Origin: Deltaproteobacteria bacterium | GTDB taxonomy: Bacteria; Desulfobacterota; Desulfomonilia; UBA1062 | Direction of reading: 5' to 3' | Assembly (NCBI GenBank): GCA_029552245.1 | Contig: JAKPDW010000025.1 | Span: 240,104-304,103, forward strand | Length of the DNA: 64,000 nucleotides | Shown: positions 9,192 to 20,100 of the stretch, piece after piece | Layout: each line of letters begins with the position of its first letter | Position numbering within the stretch: position 1 is the stretch's first letter | Made by a program: the position numbers and the translations under genes | Notes under the pieces: generated by a model | Database searches by the model: none | What the model was told of the DNA's origin: nothing | The model's input: only the letters and a program-made list of their open reading frames with translations

Positions 9192-10169
9192 ATGGACATC
9201 CTCGATCTCGTGATGAAGTGGTGTGCAGAAAACGGCCGCATGGGCGGGGTGGCCTGGTTGAGCAGGCGCGAGTTCATGAGGCGCCAGGGCCTGCTCGCGG
9301 CATCCCTGGCCTTTTCCGGCCTCGCCCCGAAGGTGTCGTGGGCCGCGTCCGACAGGCCGTATCTCAGCGTCGTCACGGGCGCACCCGGGCCGGCCGCGAG
9401 GATGGCCATCGAGCTCTTGGGCGGCATGGGCTCTTTCGTGAAGAGGGGGCAGAAGGTTGTCATCAAGCCGAACATGAGCTTTTCCGGGGGGGTGAGGGAC
9501 GGCGTCACCACGCACCCCGAGGTGGTCAGGGAGATCGTGGCCATGTGCAGCGAATGCCGGGCAGGCCGTATCCTCGTCCTGGACCACACGCTCAGGCCGC
9601 CCGAACGCTGCATCGGCGAGATAAGGAACGCGTGCAGGCCCTTCGGCGGGGACATCGTCCACGGCCTCGACTCGAGGGACTTCTATCGCCAGGCCGCCAT
9701 ACCGCAAGGCGTCGACCTGAAGGGCGCCGAGGTGATGAAGGACGTTCTCGACGCCGACGTCCTCATCGCGGTCCCCGTGGCCAAGTCGCACTCGAGCACC
9801 GGCGTGAGCCTTTCCATGAAGGGGATGATGGGGCTCGTGTGGAACCGGACCGTCATGCACTGGCGTCACGACCTCGACGAGTCGATCGTGGACTTGTGCA
9901 CGCTCTTGAAACCCTCGCTGGTCGTGATCGACGCGACCAGGGTCCTTTCCACGAACGGGCCGTCCGGTCCGGGCGAGGTGATCTTCGCGGACACCGTGAT
10001 CGCATCCAGGGACATGGTCGCGGCGGACGCCTACACCGTTGCAGCCTTCCCCTGGTATGGGAGGAGGCTCCCCCCGGAGAAGGTCAGGCACGTGAGGATC
10101 GCATCCGCCAGGGGACTGGGGCGGATGGACGTGGGGAACCTGGAGGTGAAGAAGGTGACGTTGCGGTGA
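9192..10169 (+). CDS. DUF362-domain protein with twin-arginine (Tat) signal
   Basis: GGGAGGGCG SD then ATG 9192. SRREFMRRQGLLAASLAFSGLAP is a Tat motif. DUF362 hallmarks KVVIKPNMSF, ILVLDHT, LIAVPVAKSHSSTGVSLSMKGMMG. Confidence 0.75.
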   Translation: MDILDLVMKWCAENGRMGGVAWLSRREFMRRQGLLAASLAFSGLAPKVSWAASDRPYLSVVTGAPGPAARMAIELLGGMGSFVKRGQKVVIKPNMSFSGGVRDGVTTHPEVVREIVAMCSECRAGRILVLDHTLRPPERCIGEIRNACRPFGGDIVHGLDSRDFYRQAAIPQGVDLKGAEVMKDVLDADVLIAVPVAKSHSSTGVSLSMKGMMGLVWNRTVMHWRHDLDESIVDLCTLLKPSLVVIDATRVLSTNGPSGPGEVIFADTVIASRDMVAADAYTVAAFPWYGRRLPPEKVRHVRIASARGLGRMDVGNLEVKKVTLR

Positions 10170-11776
10170 GACCGAAACGCCTTGCCCAGGCAGCCTCGCT
10201 CGCGATCTTCTCGGCGCTCGTGGTATGCGCCTCCGAGTCCCTTGTGTGCGGCGTCGCCGCACGGTGGTTCCTGGGGATGGACCCTGCGGGCGTGGTCCAG
10301 GTGGCCTCCGCTGAAAGGGACATTCCCGCAGGGTATGTGCCCGCCCTCTGCGTGCTGGCCCTCACCCTCCTCGCCGGAAGGTTCTTCTGCTCCATGGTAT
10401 GCCCCCTCGGGGCCTTGGTCGACGTGACGGACTCGGTTTTCGGTGCACAAGGAAGGGTGGCGAGGCCAAAGACTGCGGGCATGAGGGGGGGCAAGTACCT
10501 GGTCCTCGGAATCCTCGCCGCATCGGCGGCCTTCGGGCTGGCCCTTGCGGCGTTTCTCTCCCCCCTCTCCATCATGGCGAGACTTGTGGGCCTTGTCCTC
10601 CACCCCCTGGGGATGGACGCGGCAGGCGCCTTCGTGAGGGCGGCTCGGCCCCTTGCGGAAGATCTCGGCATGACGCGGATAGCGTATGCGGCGGTGACGC
10701 CCAGGGACTACGGGCTCGAGGCCTTGAGCGCGGGCGTCGCGGGCATAGCGCTCGCCGGGGTGGTCTTGGGGCCCCGCTTCTGGTGCAGGTGCCTCTGCCC
10801 TGCCGGAGCGGTGTTCGCGCTCTTCTCGGTGAGGCCCCTCTTGGTCAGGAGGAGGGTGAACGAGGGATGCACGTCGTGCATGAGGTGCGTGGAGCGTTGC
10901 CCCATGCTGGCCATCGGCCCGGACCCGAGAAAGACCGACCACGCGGAGTGCATCGCCTGCATGCGCTGCGCGAGGGTGTGCCCGGTCTCGGCGGTCGGGT
11001 TCCTCCCCGGCGGTGGGAGGACGCAGGGTCGGGGAGCGGGTTTCTCGCGCAGCCGGAGGTTCGTGCTCCTCGGTGTCCTGTTCGCTGCGGCATCCGGCGC
11101 CGTCCTCGCGAGGTTCCTGAACCCCGTGGGCCTCGGGGGAAGCCGGGTCGCACGAGCGGGTTTCGGCGTCTTGAGGCCACCCGGTTCCGTCCCCGGCGGG
11201 GGGTTCGAACTGAGGTGCGTCGGGTGCGGGCTGTGCATGACGGTCTGCCCCACCAACATCCTGAGGCCTTCTGGCGCCTTGGCGGGTGCAGGCGCGGCGT
11301 TCAGCCCGACCGTGGACTTCTCGTCCGGGCCGTGCGACACCTCATGCACCAGCTGCACGCAGGTATGCCCGACGGGCGCCATACGACCCCTGTCGCCGGC
11401 CGAGAAGAAGACCGTGAAGGTGGGCACCGCCCGTATCGACACGACGACCTGTATCGCGTGGGCATCCGCGAAGGCGTGCCTCGTGTGCGACGAAGTATGC
11501 CCCGTAGGTGCCGTGGAGTTGAGGCGGGAGCCTCATGCGGCCCTCGCGGTGCCCGTGGTCAGGGAGGATCTGTGCATCGGGTGCGGGTATTGCGAGCATC
11601 ACTGCCCGGTGAGGCCTGAGAGGGCGATCGTGGTGACGGCGGATGGCGCGGGGCTCAGGGTCGAGGGACTCGGCTTGGGGGGTGCGGAGAAGAAGGTGGA
11701 TGGGGGCATCGGGGGTCAGGGCGGGGACGAAGCGCTTCCCGGCGGCAAGCTCTTGCCGCCTGGGTTCTCGGACTGA
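10166..11776 (+). CDS. membrane polyferredoxin, NapH/MauN/CcoG-like (multiple TM segments, about four 4Fe-4S C-x2-C-x2-C-x3-CP motifs)
   Basis: GTG 10166 overlaps the DUF362 stop (GTGA). FFCSMVCPLGAL (NapH-type motif), CTSCMRCVERCP, CIACMRCARVCP, CVGCGLCMTVCP, CTSCTQVCP, CLVCDEVCP, CIGCGYCEHHCP, interleaved with hydrophobic helices. The 5' kilobase of track ORF 9176..11776 is an artefact. Confidence 0.7.
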   Translation: MRPKRLAQAASLAIFSALVVCASESLVCGVAARWFLGMDPAGVVQVASAERDIPAGYVPALCVLALTLLAGRFFCSMVCPLGALVDVTDSVFGAQGRVARPKTAGMRGGKYLVLGILAASAAFGLALAAFLSPLSIMARLVGLVLHPLGMDAAGAFVRAARPLAEDLGMTRIAYAAVTPRDYGLEALSAGVAGIALAGVVLGPRFWCRCLCPAGAVFALFSVRPLLVRRRVNEGCTSCMRCVERCPMLAIGPDPRKTDHAECIACMRCARVCPVSAVGFLPGGGRTQGRGAGFSRSRRFVLLGVLFAAASGAVLARFLNPVGLGGSRVARAGFGVLRPPGSVPGGGFELRCVGCGLCMTVCPTNILRPSGALAGAGAAFSPTVDFSSGPCDTSCTSCTQVCPTGAIRPLSPAEKKTVKVGTARIDTTTCIAWASAKACLVCDEVCPVGAVELRREPHAALAVPVVREDLCIGCGYCEHHCPVRPERAIVVTADGAGLRVEGLGLGGAEKKVDGGIGGQGGDEALPGGKLLPPGFSD

Positions 11777-11985
11777 TGGGAAGCCCGGCCCCGTATCGGC
11801 GGCGTCCTGGGGGGACGGCGGGGTCATACGGGTCAGGTCGCCCTTGCAGGGGGGTTCGGCAAAGGACCGGTTCGCCGGTCGTGAGGCCCGGTGCGCCACC
11901 TGTGTGCCGGGGACACGACACGCACCGGTTACGGTTGACCGCTTCGGTAACGATTCGCTAACGACCGGCACCGGACGGGGAGGCT

Positions 11986-13398
11986 ATGGGAACGTTCACT
12001 GAGGATCGGAAGGGGAAGTGGGCTCGATGCGTCCTGGCCGTCATGGTCGCAGTGACGGTCGTGGGGTCCGGGTGCGCGAGGAAGGTCGTGGTCGTGAACT
12101 ACCTCGGGTCTCCCGCGCTGGCGCCCGGGACCGATCCGGCGATGAACACGGCGGGTTTCTGGATAGACAGGTGCGACGCGGTGGACGAGGTGATCATGGA
12201 TGCTCGTTCCATCGCCCTGTTCAACGAGCAGACCCGGCAGCGTACCCGGGCGGTGACCGACGTGACGAGGCTCTCGGACAAGAGGTCGGGAAAGGCCCTC
12301 AGGGACTCGCTGGAGCGCATGTACGCATCGATCCTCCTCAGGGGGTACGTCGATGCGGACGGCAAGAAGGCCTTGGGCATGCTCGAGGAGATCAAGGGGA
12401 ACATGGCCCTCGACTCGATCCCCGAGACCGTGGACGTCAGGTGGGCCTTGGTCGCCCGGTTCACCGACCAGAGGCTCCTGCCCACCACTGATGCGTTGTA
12501 CAAGGATGCGTCGGACAGATCCATAGACCGCCTCCAGAACAACACCCTCGACCTCGCAAGCGAGGTGGCCGTGTGTCACGAGAGCAAAGACGGCGGGTGG
12601 ACGTACGTCATCGGGCCTTACAGCGAAGGGTGGGTGAGGAGCTCGGACATCGCGGTGTGCGAGAGGGGCCTCATCGAGCGCTACCGCGCGTGGGAGCCCT
12701 TCGTCGTGACTCTCCAGCCCAAGACGGACCTCTTCCTCGACCCCATGCTCAGGCGAAGGGCGGCATGGGTGCAGATGGGGACGAGGCTCCCCCTCCTCGA
12801 GCGCGTAAACGGAGAGGTCTCCAAGGTCCTCGTGCCCGTTCGCGGTCAGGACGGCACGTGCGTCTTCGACGCGGCGTACGTGGCGACGAGGGACACAAGC
12901 GAGGGATACCTGCCCTACACGCCGAGAAACGCCCTCGTCCAGGCCTTCAGGCTCCTCAACGCCCCGTACGGGTGGGGGGGCATGTACGGTGAACAGGACT
13001 GCTCCCGGCTCGTTCAGCAGGTCTTCGCGACCTTCGGGATCCTCATGCCCAGGAACTCGTCCCAGCAGGCAAGGGTGGGCAAGGTGATCGCCGACCTCTC
13101 GGGGGAGGCCGATCCTGCTCAGAGACGGGCTGCGATCACCCAGCTCGCAACCCCGGGCATAACCACGCTGCAGTTCCCTGGCCACATCATGCTCTACATC
13201 GGGCACGTCTCGGGCATCCCCTACGCCATCCACGACCTCCACGCGTACACGGAAAAGGTCGACGGCGAGGAGAGGACCATAGCGCTCGCGCGGGTGTGCG
13301 TGACGAGCCTCGATCTCGGCGGGACCTCCTCCAGGGGGTCGTTCCTCATGCGCATCGCGAACGTGCGGGAAATCGCGCTTGAAGGTCTCACGCCCTGA
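11986..13398 (+). CDS. NlpC/P60-family cell-wall endopeptidase lipoprotein with SH3b-like domains (YkfC/DPP VI-like)
   Basis: Lipobox VVGSGC. C-terminal NlpC/P60 catalytic region YGWGGMYGEQDCSRLVQQVF...GHIMLYIGH (Cys-His). Confidence 0.7.
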   Translation: MGTFTEDRKGKWARCVLAVMVAVTVVGSGCARKVVVVNYLGSPALAPGTDPAMNTAGFWIDRCDAVDEVIMDARSIALFNEQTRQRTRAVTDVTRLSDKRSGKALRDSLERMYASILLRGYVDADGKKALGMLEEIKGNMALDSIPETVDVRWALVARFTDQRLLPTTDALYKDASDRSIDRLQNNTLDLASEVAVCHESKDGGWTYVIGPYSEGWVRSSDIAVCERGLIERYRAWEPFVVTLQPKTDLFLDPMLRRRAAWVQMGTRLPLLERVNGEVSKVLVPVRGQDGTCVFDAAYVATRDTSEGYLPYTPRNALVQAFRLLNAPYGWGGMYGEQDCSRLVQQVFATFGILMPRNSSQQARVGKVIADLSGEADPAQRRAAITQLATPGITTLQFPGHIMLYIGHVSGIPYAIHDLHAYTEKVDGEERTIALARVCVTSLDLGGTSSRGSFLMRIANVREIALEGLTP

Positions 13399-13597
13399 CG
13401 CGGCCCGTGTCGTCGTTGCCCGCCCACCACCTTGTTTTCATGGTGGACGCGCTCGATGGGTTCATGCAGTGGCGCATGCGCCGTCCAGTTCCCGGCAGGG
13501 CTTGAACCTGCTTTTCCCCCGGCAATTTTCACATGTTCAGGCAGCCCGAAAGGACCTCGGCGGCGACAACGTTTCCGTCCACGGTCAAGAAATGAGA

Positions 13598-13626
13598 TTT
13601 CATTTCACATTGATGCTTGCTATAAT
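13598..13626 (+). promoter_or_regulatory. sigma-70-type promoter candidate for the MMPL gene (-35 TTTCAT, 17-bp spacer, perfect -10 TATAAT at 13621-13626)
   Basis: AT-rich island in GC-rich DNA with a perfect TATAAT about 150 nt upstream of the MMPL start. Confidence 0.4.
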
Positions 13627-13776
13627 ACATTGACGCCTGCATGCCGTCTGGCTCGGCCGAAGGTGGGGGGACTACGGTGTATCCCGATGGGCTCGGTACC
13701 CGGGTGTGTCTGAACGATCGCCTGCGTGCGTGGGCGGAGATGCGGCATACTATGGAATGAAGCGGGGGGTTCACCA

Positions 13777-16740
13777 ATGAACAGGCTTCTCGGAAGGATG
13801 AGCGAATTCATCGTCAGGCAGAGGGTCGCGGTCCTCGCCGTGACGGTGGCGGTCACCTGCGTCATGGTCTTCATGATAGCGACCAGGATCACCGTGAACA
13901 ACGACCATGACACCTGGCTGCCGAAGCACAACGAGGTCGCGAAGCTGTTGCGCCAGGCGGACGAGGATTTCTCGTCGAACGTGATGCTGTTCGCCGTGAT
14001 CGAGTTCAAGGACGGGGTGTTCAAGCCCGAGAACCTGGCGGTCGTGGACCGCATCACGAAGGAGCTCGAGAAGATGGACGAGCTCTTCAACGTCACCAGC
14101 GTGACCAACATCATCGACATCAAGAAGACGCAAGACGGCATCGAGGTGTCCGACCTCGTCAGGAGCGTGCCGAAAGACGGCGGGGAGGCGCTGGGGCTGA
14201 GGGATTACGTGATGTCCAAGGAGACCTACGTGAACACCGTGGTATCCGCGGACGAACGGTTCACCTGCGTCATGACCAACATCAAGAGCGACCTGGACGA
14301 GGTCAAGGTGGCGGAGAAGATCTACCGGACCATCGACACCATCGCCGGCGGGCACGTGCGCTATTACGGCGGCGACCCATCGGTGAACTACTACCTGAAT
14401 TACTACATGGTCGAGGACCTGAAGAAGCTGTTGCCGCTCGGCGTGATCGTGGTCATGACCGTGATCTTCCTGGGCCTGAGGAGGGTGTCGGGCGTCGTGC
14501 TCCCCATGACCATCGTCGCGTTCGCCATCGTGTGGACCTTCGGCCTCCAGGCGATCTTCTCCTTCCCCGTGAACATCCTGAGCCCTGCGGTCGTCGTCCT
14601 GCTGATCGCGCTCGGGACCGACTACGCGGTACACTACTACAACCACCACATGAAGCGCGGCGACGTGCGCACCTCCACGGCGGAGATATCGCTGCCCGTG
14701 ACCATGAGCGCGTTCACCACCATCGTGAGTCTCCTCACCTTCGCCACCACGCGCATAGAGGTCTTCAAGAACTTCGGGCTCGAGCTCGCCTTCGGCCTGG
14801 CCGCGGCGTGGATCCTCTCCATCGTGCTCATGGCCGTGTTCATTGCGATCTTCAAGGTCAACCCCCAGCAGGGCGCTGACGATGAAGGCCCCAGGCAGAC
14901 GACCTTCACGCGGGCGACCGACAGCCTGGGGGCCTTCGTGCAGAGGCACGCGAAGGCCATCCTGGTGGTGGTCGGCCTGGCGAGCGTCGGCATGGCGTTC
15001 GGCGTGCCGAGGATAAGCACGAACGTCGACTTCATCGGCCAGCTCCCCAAGGACAGTCCGCCGAGGAGGGGATGTGACATCCTGCAGGAGCACTTCAGCG
15101 GCATGTACCCGTTCAACCTCTACGTGCGCGCCGACATCCAAGACCCCGCCGTCATGAACCGCATGCAATACCTGGAAAACTGCATGCGTACCGAGAATGG
15201 CGCCTCGGGTTTCACCTCCATCAACGCCCTCATAGCGCAGGAGAACTGGCTGCTGAACGGTGTGTACGCCATCCCCGAGACGAGGGAGGGGATAGCGAAC
15301 CTGTGGTTCATGCTCGAGGGTCACGACGTCCTCAAAACCTTCGTCACCGAGGGCAGGGACAAGGCCCTGGTGAACTCCATCGTGAACGAGTCGTCCACCG
15401 AGGACATGCGCTTCGTGGCCGACCGCCTGGATGCCATCCTGCAAGGCCGCTTGTCCGAGGAGATCGTCACGGTGGACCCGTCCAGGCTCACCGAAGAGGG
15501 GCGAGGCGCGCTGGAGAAGGTCATGATCAGGGATGCGGCCGAGCAGGTCGCGTGGCTCGCCAGGTATTACGACAAGAAGACCGTCGTTGACCCGCTCATG
15601 GTGGAGGAGGCCCTCACGAAGGCCCTGCACGGTATCGAAGGGCTCGTGGATGTCGAGGCCGTGAGGAGGGACGTCGAGGCCTTCCTCAAGACAGAGACCG
15701 TGGAGATCCTGCCGGAGGCCCTGGTCGCCGGGATCATGGAGAGGGTCGGCGGACTCGTGGGCGCGGGCCTTACCCGCGAAGCGGCCGACGACATCGAGGG
15801 CATGATCGTCGCGTCCGGCGCCATGGGTGCGGAAGACGCGAAGACCACGGTCGAGGGTATGTCGAGACGCCTCGACTCGAGCCTGAGGATCCAGAAGGCG
15901 GTGGCGCTCGCCAAGGCGCTGACCAGCCTGATACCCGAGGGGATCCGCGGGAACGAGAACTTCGTGAAGAGGACGGAGGGCGTCCTCTGGGGCCTCTTCA
16001 GCCCCCGTCCGGTGATGTTCTCGAGGCAGGTGGAGTCTGTACCGGGCATCTCCGGGGCGATAGCGGGCTCGGTGAGGGCGAAGATCGACCAGGCGGGGAT
16101 GCCCGCGACGGTGAGACTCGTACACCACCTCCTCATCTCAAGCCAGGTCCAGAGCTTGGTCCTGGCCATCTGCGCGGTGCTCGTCATGGTCTCCCTGGCC
16201 CATCGCTCGCTGAGGCGCGGGCTGGCGTCCATGCTGACGGTCCTCGTGCCGCTCGTGTTCATCCTCGGGTTCATGGGGCTCGTGGGCATGCCCCTCGACA
16301 TCGGCACCGTGCTCTGTGGGTCACTCATCGTGGGGCTCGGGATCGACGGGTCGATCCATTTCCTGCACTACTACAGCAGGCTCCACGAGCAGGGCACGCC
16401 CAAGGACACCGCCATACGCATGACCATGGGGCACGTGGGCAAGGCGGTGTGCACGGCGAACGGGACCACGCTGGCCGGTTTTCTCGTGTGCCTGATCTCG
16501 GACGTGACCGCGGTGAGGAACTTCGCCACGTTGAACTCGATCGCCATCGTGTTCGTCACCGCATCGGTCATGACCCTCCTGCCGGCGCTCGTCACCATCC
16601 TTCACCTGGACAGGATGGACGACGTGGAGGAGGGCTCGAGGACCGGGACCACGACGGTGTTCAGGCTCAGGAGGCCCGCCTGCAAAGGGATGGAGAAAGG
16701 GGAAGAGGAACGAAAGGCCGCCCGGGCGGCAGGCGGATGA
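13777..16740 (+). CDS. MMPL/RND-superfamily exporter (two 6-TM sterol-sensing-like bundles with large periplasmic domains)
   Basis: 987 aa. N-terminal TM then large soluble loop, twice. MMPL-typical GLxxxFxLELAFG, LGIDGSIHFLHYY. Confidence 0.75.
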   Translation: MNRLLGRMSEFIVRQRVAVLAVTVAVTCVMVFMIATRITVNNDHDTWLPKHNEVAKLLRQADEDFSSNVMLFAVIEFKDGVFKPENLAVVDRITKELEKMDELFNVTSVTNIIDIKKTQDGIEVSDLVRSVPKDGGEALGLRDYVMSKETYVNTVVSADERFTCVMTNIKSDLDEVKVAEKIYRTIDTIAGGHVRYYGGDPSVNYYLNYYMVEDLKKLLPLGVIVVMTVIFLGLRRVSGVVLPMTIVAFAIVWTFGLQAIFSFPVNILSPAVVVLLIALGTDYAVHYYNHHMKRGDVRTSTAEISLPVTMSAFTTIVSLLTFATTRIEVFKNFGLELAFGLAAAWILSIVLMAVFIAIFKVNPQQGADDEGPRQTTFTRATDSLGAFVQRHAKAILVVVGLASVGMAFGVPRISTNVDFIGQLPKDSPPRRGCDILQEHFSGMYPFNLYVRADIQDPAVMNRMQYLENCMRTENGASGFTSINALIAQENWLLNGVYAIPETREGIANLWFMLEGHDVLKTFVTEGRDKALVNSIVNESSTEDMRFVADRLDAILQGRLSEEIVTVDPSRLTEEGRGALEKVMIRDAAEQVAWLARYYDKKTVVDPLMVEEALTKALHGIEGLVDVEAVRRDVEAFLKTETVEILPEALVAGIMERVGGLVGAGLTREAADDIEGMIVASGAMGAEDAKTTVEGMSRRLDSSLRIQKAVALAKALTSLIPEGIRGNENFVKRTEGVLWGLFSPRPVMFSRQVESVPGISGAIAGSVRAKIDQAGMPATVRLVHHLLISSQVQSLVLAICAVLVMVSLAHRSLRRGLASMLTVLVPLVFILGFMGLVGMPLDIGTVLCGSLIVGLGIDGSIHFLHYYSRLHEQGTPKDTAIRMTMGHVGKAVCTANGTTLAGFLVCLISDVTAVRNFATLNSIAIVFVTASVMTLLPALVTILHLDRMDDVEEGSRTGTTTVFRLRRPACKGMEKGEEERKAARAAGG

Positions 16741-17079
16741 GGGGAGATGCGGGAGGTGAACCGCCCTTTTCTCTCGCGGATCTTCACGGGGACCGCAGGC
16801 CAGGGGGGACGGGGGTGCGGCCTTGGAAGACCGGACTCTTGTTCCCGCGGCTCATCCCGTCGATGGCCGAAGGCGATGGGCGACCCGAGGCCAAAGCGCT
16901 TGTTCTCGATGCCCGATGACGGGAGTCGTTGCAGCATGCGGGGTGGCCCACGAGCAAGGCGGTCAACGATCGAGGGCCTAAGCTGTCTCCACGAAGGGCG
17001 GATGCAGGGGTGACCTGCGGGCTCGGGTGCGGCCGGAGCGTCCGTGCACGGACGACGGGTGACCGCGCCCGGCGCCTCA

Positions 17080-17114
17080 TTGACAGGAAGAAAGAACGTC
17101 TTATTCTTTTCTTC
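17080..17114 (+). promoter_or_regulatory. TTGACA -35 plus 10/11-bp inverted repeat GAAGAAAGAA-N7-TTCTTTTCTTC (operator-like) upstream of histidine kinase gene
   Basis: Seen directly: TTGACA 17080-85; inverted repeat 17087-96 / 17104-14 overlapping the spacer/-10 region (TATTCT). Confidence 0.3.
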
Positions 17115-17158
17115 CAGGGACGCCGAGTACGACGTGCCCCAGGGGGAGAGGAAGGGAT

Positions 17159-20100
17159 ATGGATGCAAGAAGGAAGGGCCGGGGGGCGCCCGGTACGGAC
17201 GGTCCCCGTGTTGCGTCGAAAAGCCATAGGTCCGGGCCCCTGACCTCACGTGTGCTCGCAGCCCTCTTCTCGTCGAACCCCACCGCCATGGCGGTGTCCG
17301 AACTGCCAACGGGAAAGATCGTCGAGGTGAACGAGGCCTTCGTGAGCCTGACCCTCTTCGCCAGGGAAGAACTCGTCGGCCGCGAGGTTACAGGCCTCGG
17401 CATCTGGGCGGACCCACAGGAGAGGGAGCGCTACCTGGAACTCCTGCGCACCGAGGGCGCGGCACGGGAATTCAGGTGCAGGCTCAGGCGCAAGGACGGC
17501 GAGCTGCGAGATGTGGTCCTCAACGGCTCCATGGTCCGCGGCCATCGCTCCGGAGGGATCGTGGTGAGCTTCCTCAGGGACGTGACCGACCAGCTCAGGC
17601 TCCAGAAGGAAATCGCACAGAGCGAGGAGCGATACCGTCGCATCACCTCCGCGGTCACGGATTACATCTACACGGTGCACATCGAGGGCGGCAACGTGGT
17701 GCGCACGGTGCACGGCGCGGCCTGCGAGGCGGTCACCGGGTACACTCCCGAGGACTTCGAGCGAGACCCGTTCCTGTGGTACACCATGATCTTCGAGGAT
17801 GACAGGGAGGCCGTGAGGGAACACTTCAACAGGGTGACGACCGGAGAGCGCTGCCAGCCCATCGAGCACCGCATAAGGCGCAAGGACGGCACGGTCAGGT
17901 GGGTGAGCAACATACCCGTCATCCACAGGGACGCATCCGGGAACATCGTGGGCTACGACGGTGTCTTGAGCGACATCACCGAGCGCAAGCTCGCGGAGAA
18001 GGAGCTCAAAGAGAGCGAGGAGCGGTTCAAGGCCCTGCACGAGGCATCCTTCGGGGGCATCGGGATCCATGACAGGGGCCTCATCCTCGACTGCAACAGG
18101 GGCCTCGAGGTCATCACGGGTTACAGCCGCGAGGAGCTCATAGGCATGAACGGGCTCATGCTCATCGCCCCCTCCTGGCGTGAGCACGTCATGGAGAAGA
18201 TCGTCTCGGGCTACGAGAGGCCCTACGACGTGGAGGGGATCCGCAAGGACGGCACGATCTACCCGCTCGAGATCCAGGGGAAGCAGATCCCCTACCACGG
18301 GAAGACGGTGAGGGTCACGGAGTTCAGGGACATCACCTGGCGAAAGCGGATCGAGGACGAGATCAGGGTGCGCCAGGCCAGGATCGACAGCATCTTCAGG
18401 GCTGCGCCCGTCGGTATCGGGATGGTGGTCGACAGGGTGATACAGGAGGTGAACGACCGCGTATGCGAGATGACCGGGTACAGCAGGGAGGAACTCACCG
18501 GGGTCTCTGCTCGCGTCCTGTACCCGGACGATGACGAGTTCGAGCGCGTGGGCAGGGAGAAGTACGCCCAGCTGGAAAAGGCCGGGGTGGGAACCGTCGA
18601 GACGAGGTGGAAGAGGAAGGACGGGTCCATCATCCACATCATCCTCAGCTCTGCGCCCATTGACCCCCGAGATCCCGGCACAGGGTACACCTTCACCGCC
18701 CTCGACATCACCATGCGGAAGCTCGCCGAAGACAGGCTCAAGGAGAGCGAGGAGCGATACCGCCTCATGGCCGAGCTCACCGGAAAGCTGGTCTACGACG
18801 TCGACCTCGACGCCGGCAGGCACACCTGGGACGGCGCCGTGGAGGTGATCTCCGGGTACACGAGGGAGGAGTTCGCATCGGTGGACATGGCGGGCTGGAC
18901 GCGCATGATCCACCCCGAGGACAGGCCCGGAGTGATCATGGCGTTCGAGAGGGCGCTCAACACGCGCAAGCCCTTCAGGGCCGAGTACCGCATCCTCAGG
19001 AAAGACGACAAGACCATATACGTCGAGGACAACGGCGTGTTCGTGACCGACAAGTCCGGGAGGCCCTACCGCATGCTCGGGAGCATAGGGGACATCACGG
19101 CCCGCAGGCTCTCCGAGCTGGCGCTCAAGGAGAGCGAGGAGCGCTACCGCAACATGTTCGACAACTCGCACGCCGTCATGCTCCTTGTAGACCCGGCGAG
19201 CGGCGCCATCGTGGACGCGAACCCTGCTGCGTGCTCGTACTACGGGTATTCCAAAAACGAGCTCGTCTCGATGAAGATCACGGACATAAACACGCTCAGC
19301 CCAAGGGAGATCTTCGCCGAGATGGAGCGGGCGCGCTCCAGCAGGAAGCGGTACTTCAACTTCAAGCACCGCCTTGCGGACGGAGTCGTTCGGGACGTGG
19401 AGGTCTTCAGCGGGCCCATCACGGTCGAGGGCCGAACCCTCCTGTTCTCCATCGTTCACGACGTGACCGACCGGAGGCTCGCCGAAGAGGCCCTCAGGCG
19501 GAACGAGGAACGGTTCCGGCAGATCCTTCAGAACATAGCGGACATCATCGTGATCCTCGACAGCCAGGGCCGCATCACCTACGAGACCCCTTCCCTGGCG
19601 CGCGTGCTCGGTTACGCGCCGGGCCATCTCGTGGGCGCATCCCCCCTCGACCTCGTCCATCCCGAAGACAAGGAACTCGTGGCCCGCGATCTCACAGGGG
19701 TCTACGAGGGGACGAACAACGGCATCCCCACCGAGTTCCGCATATTGAAAGCGGACGGGACGTGGATCTACCTGGAGGCAATAGGCAGCAGGCTCGAGGG
19801 TGAGAGCCGGCAGGGCAGCGTGATCATCACGGCGCGCGACGTGACCGACCGCAAGAAGGCCGAGGGTGCGAAGATGGAGATGGAGAGGCGGATGCTCCAC
19901 GCGCAGAGGCTCGAGAGCCTCGGCGTGCTGGCCGGCGGCATAGCACACGACTTCAACAACCTCCTCATGGCCATCCTGGGGAATATCGACCTGGCACGGA
20001 TAGACGTCCCCCCCGGGTCCAGGGCGATGACCTTCCTGGACAACGCCATGATGGCGTCCAGGAGGGCCGCGGACCTCACGAACCAGATGCTCGCCTACTC

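Noticed and set aside
8979-10262. N-terminal 428 codons of the 721-aa minus-strand ORF, and the 5' kilobase of plus-strand ORF 9176..11776
   Set aside because: Only the C-terminal 293 aa (SBP) and the part after GTG 10166 (polyferredoxin) look like proteins. The rest overlaps the DUF362 gene on another frame or strand and is compositionally junk.
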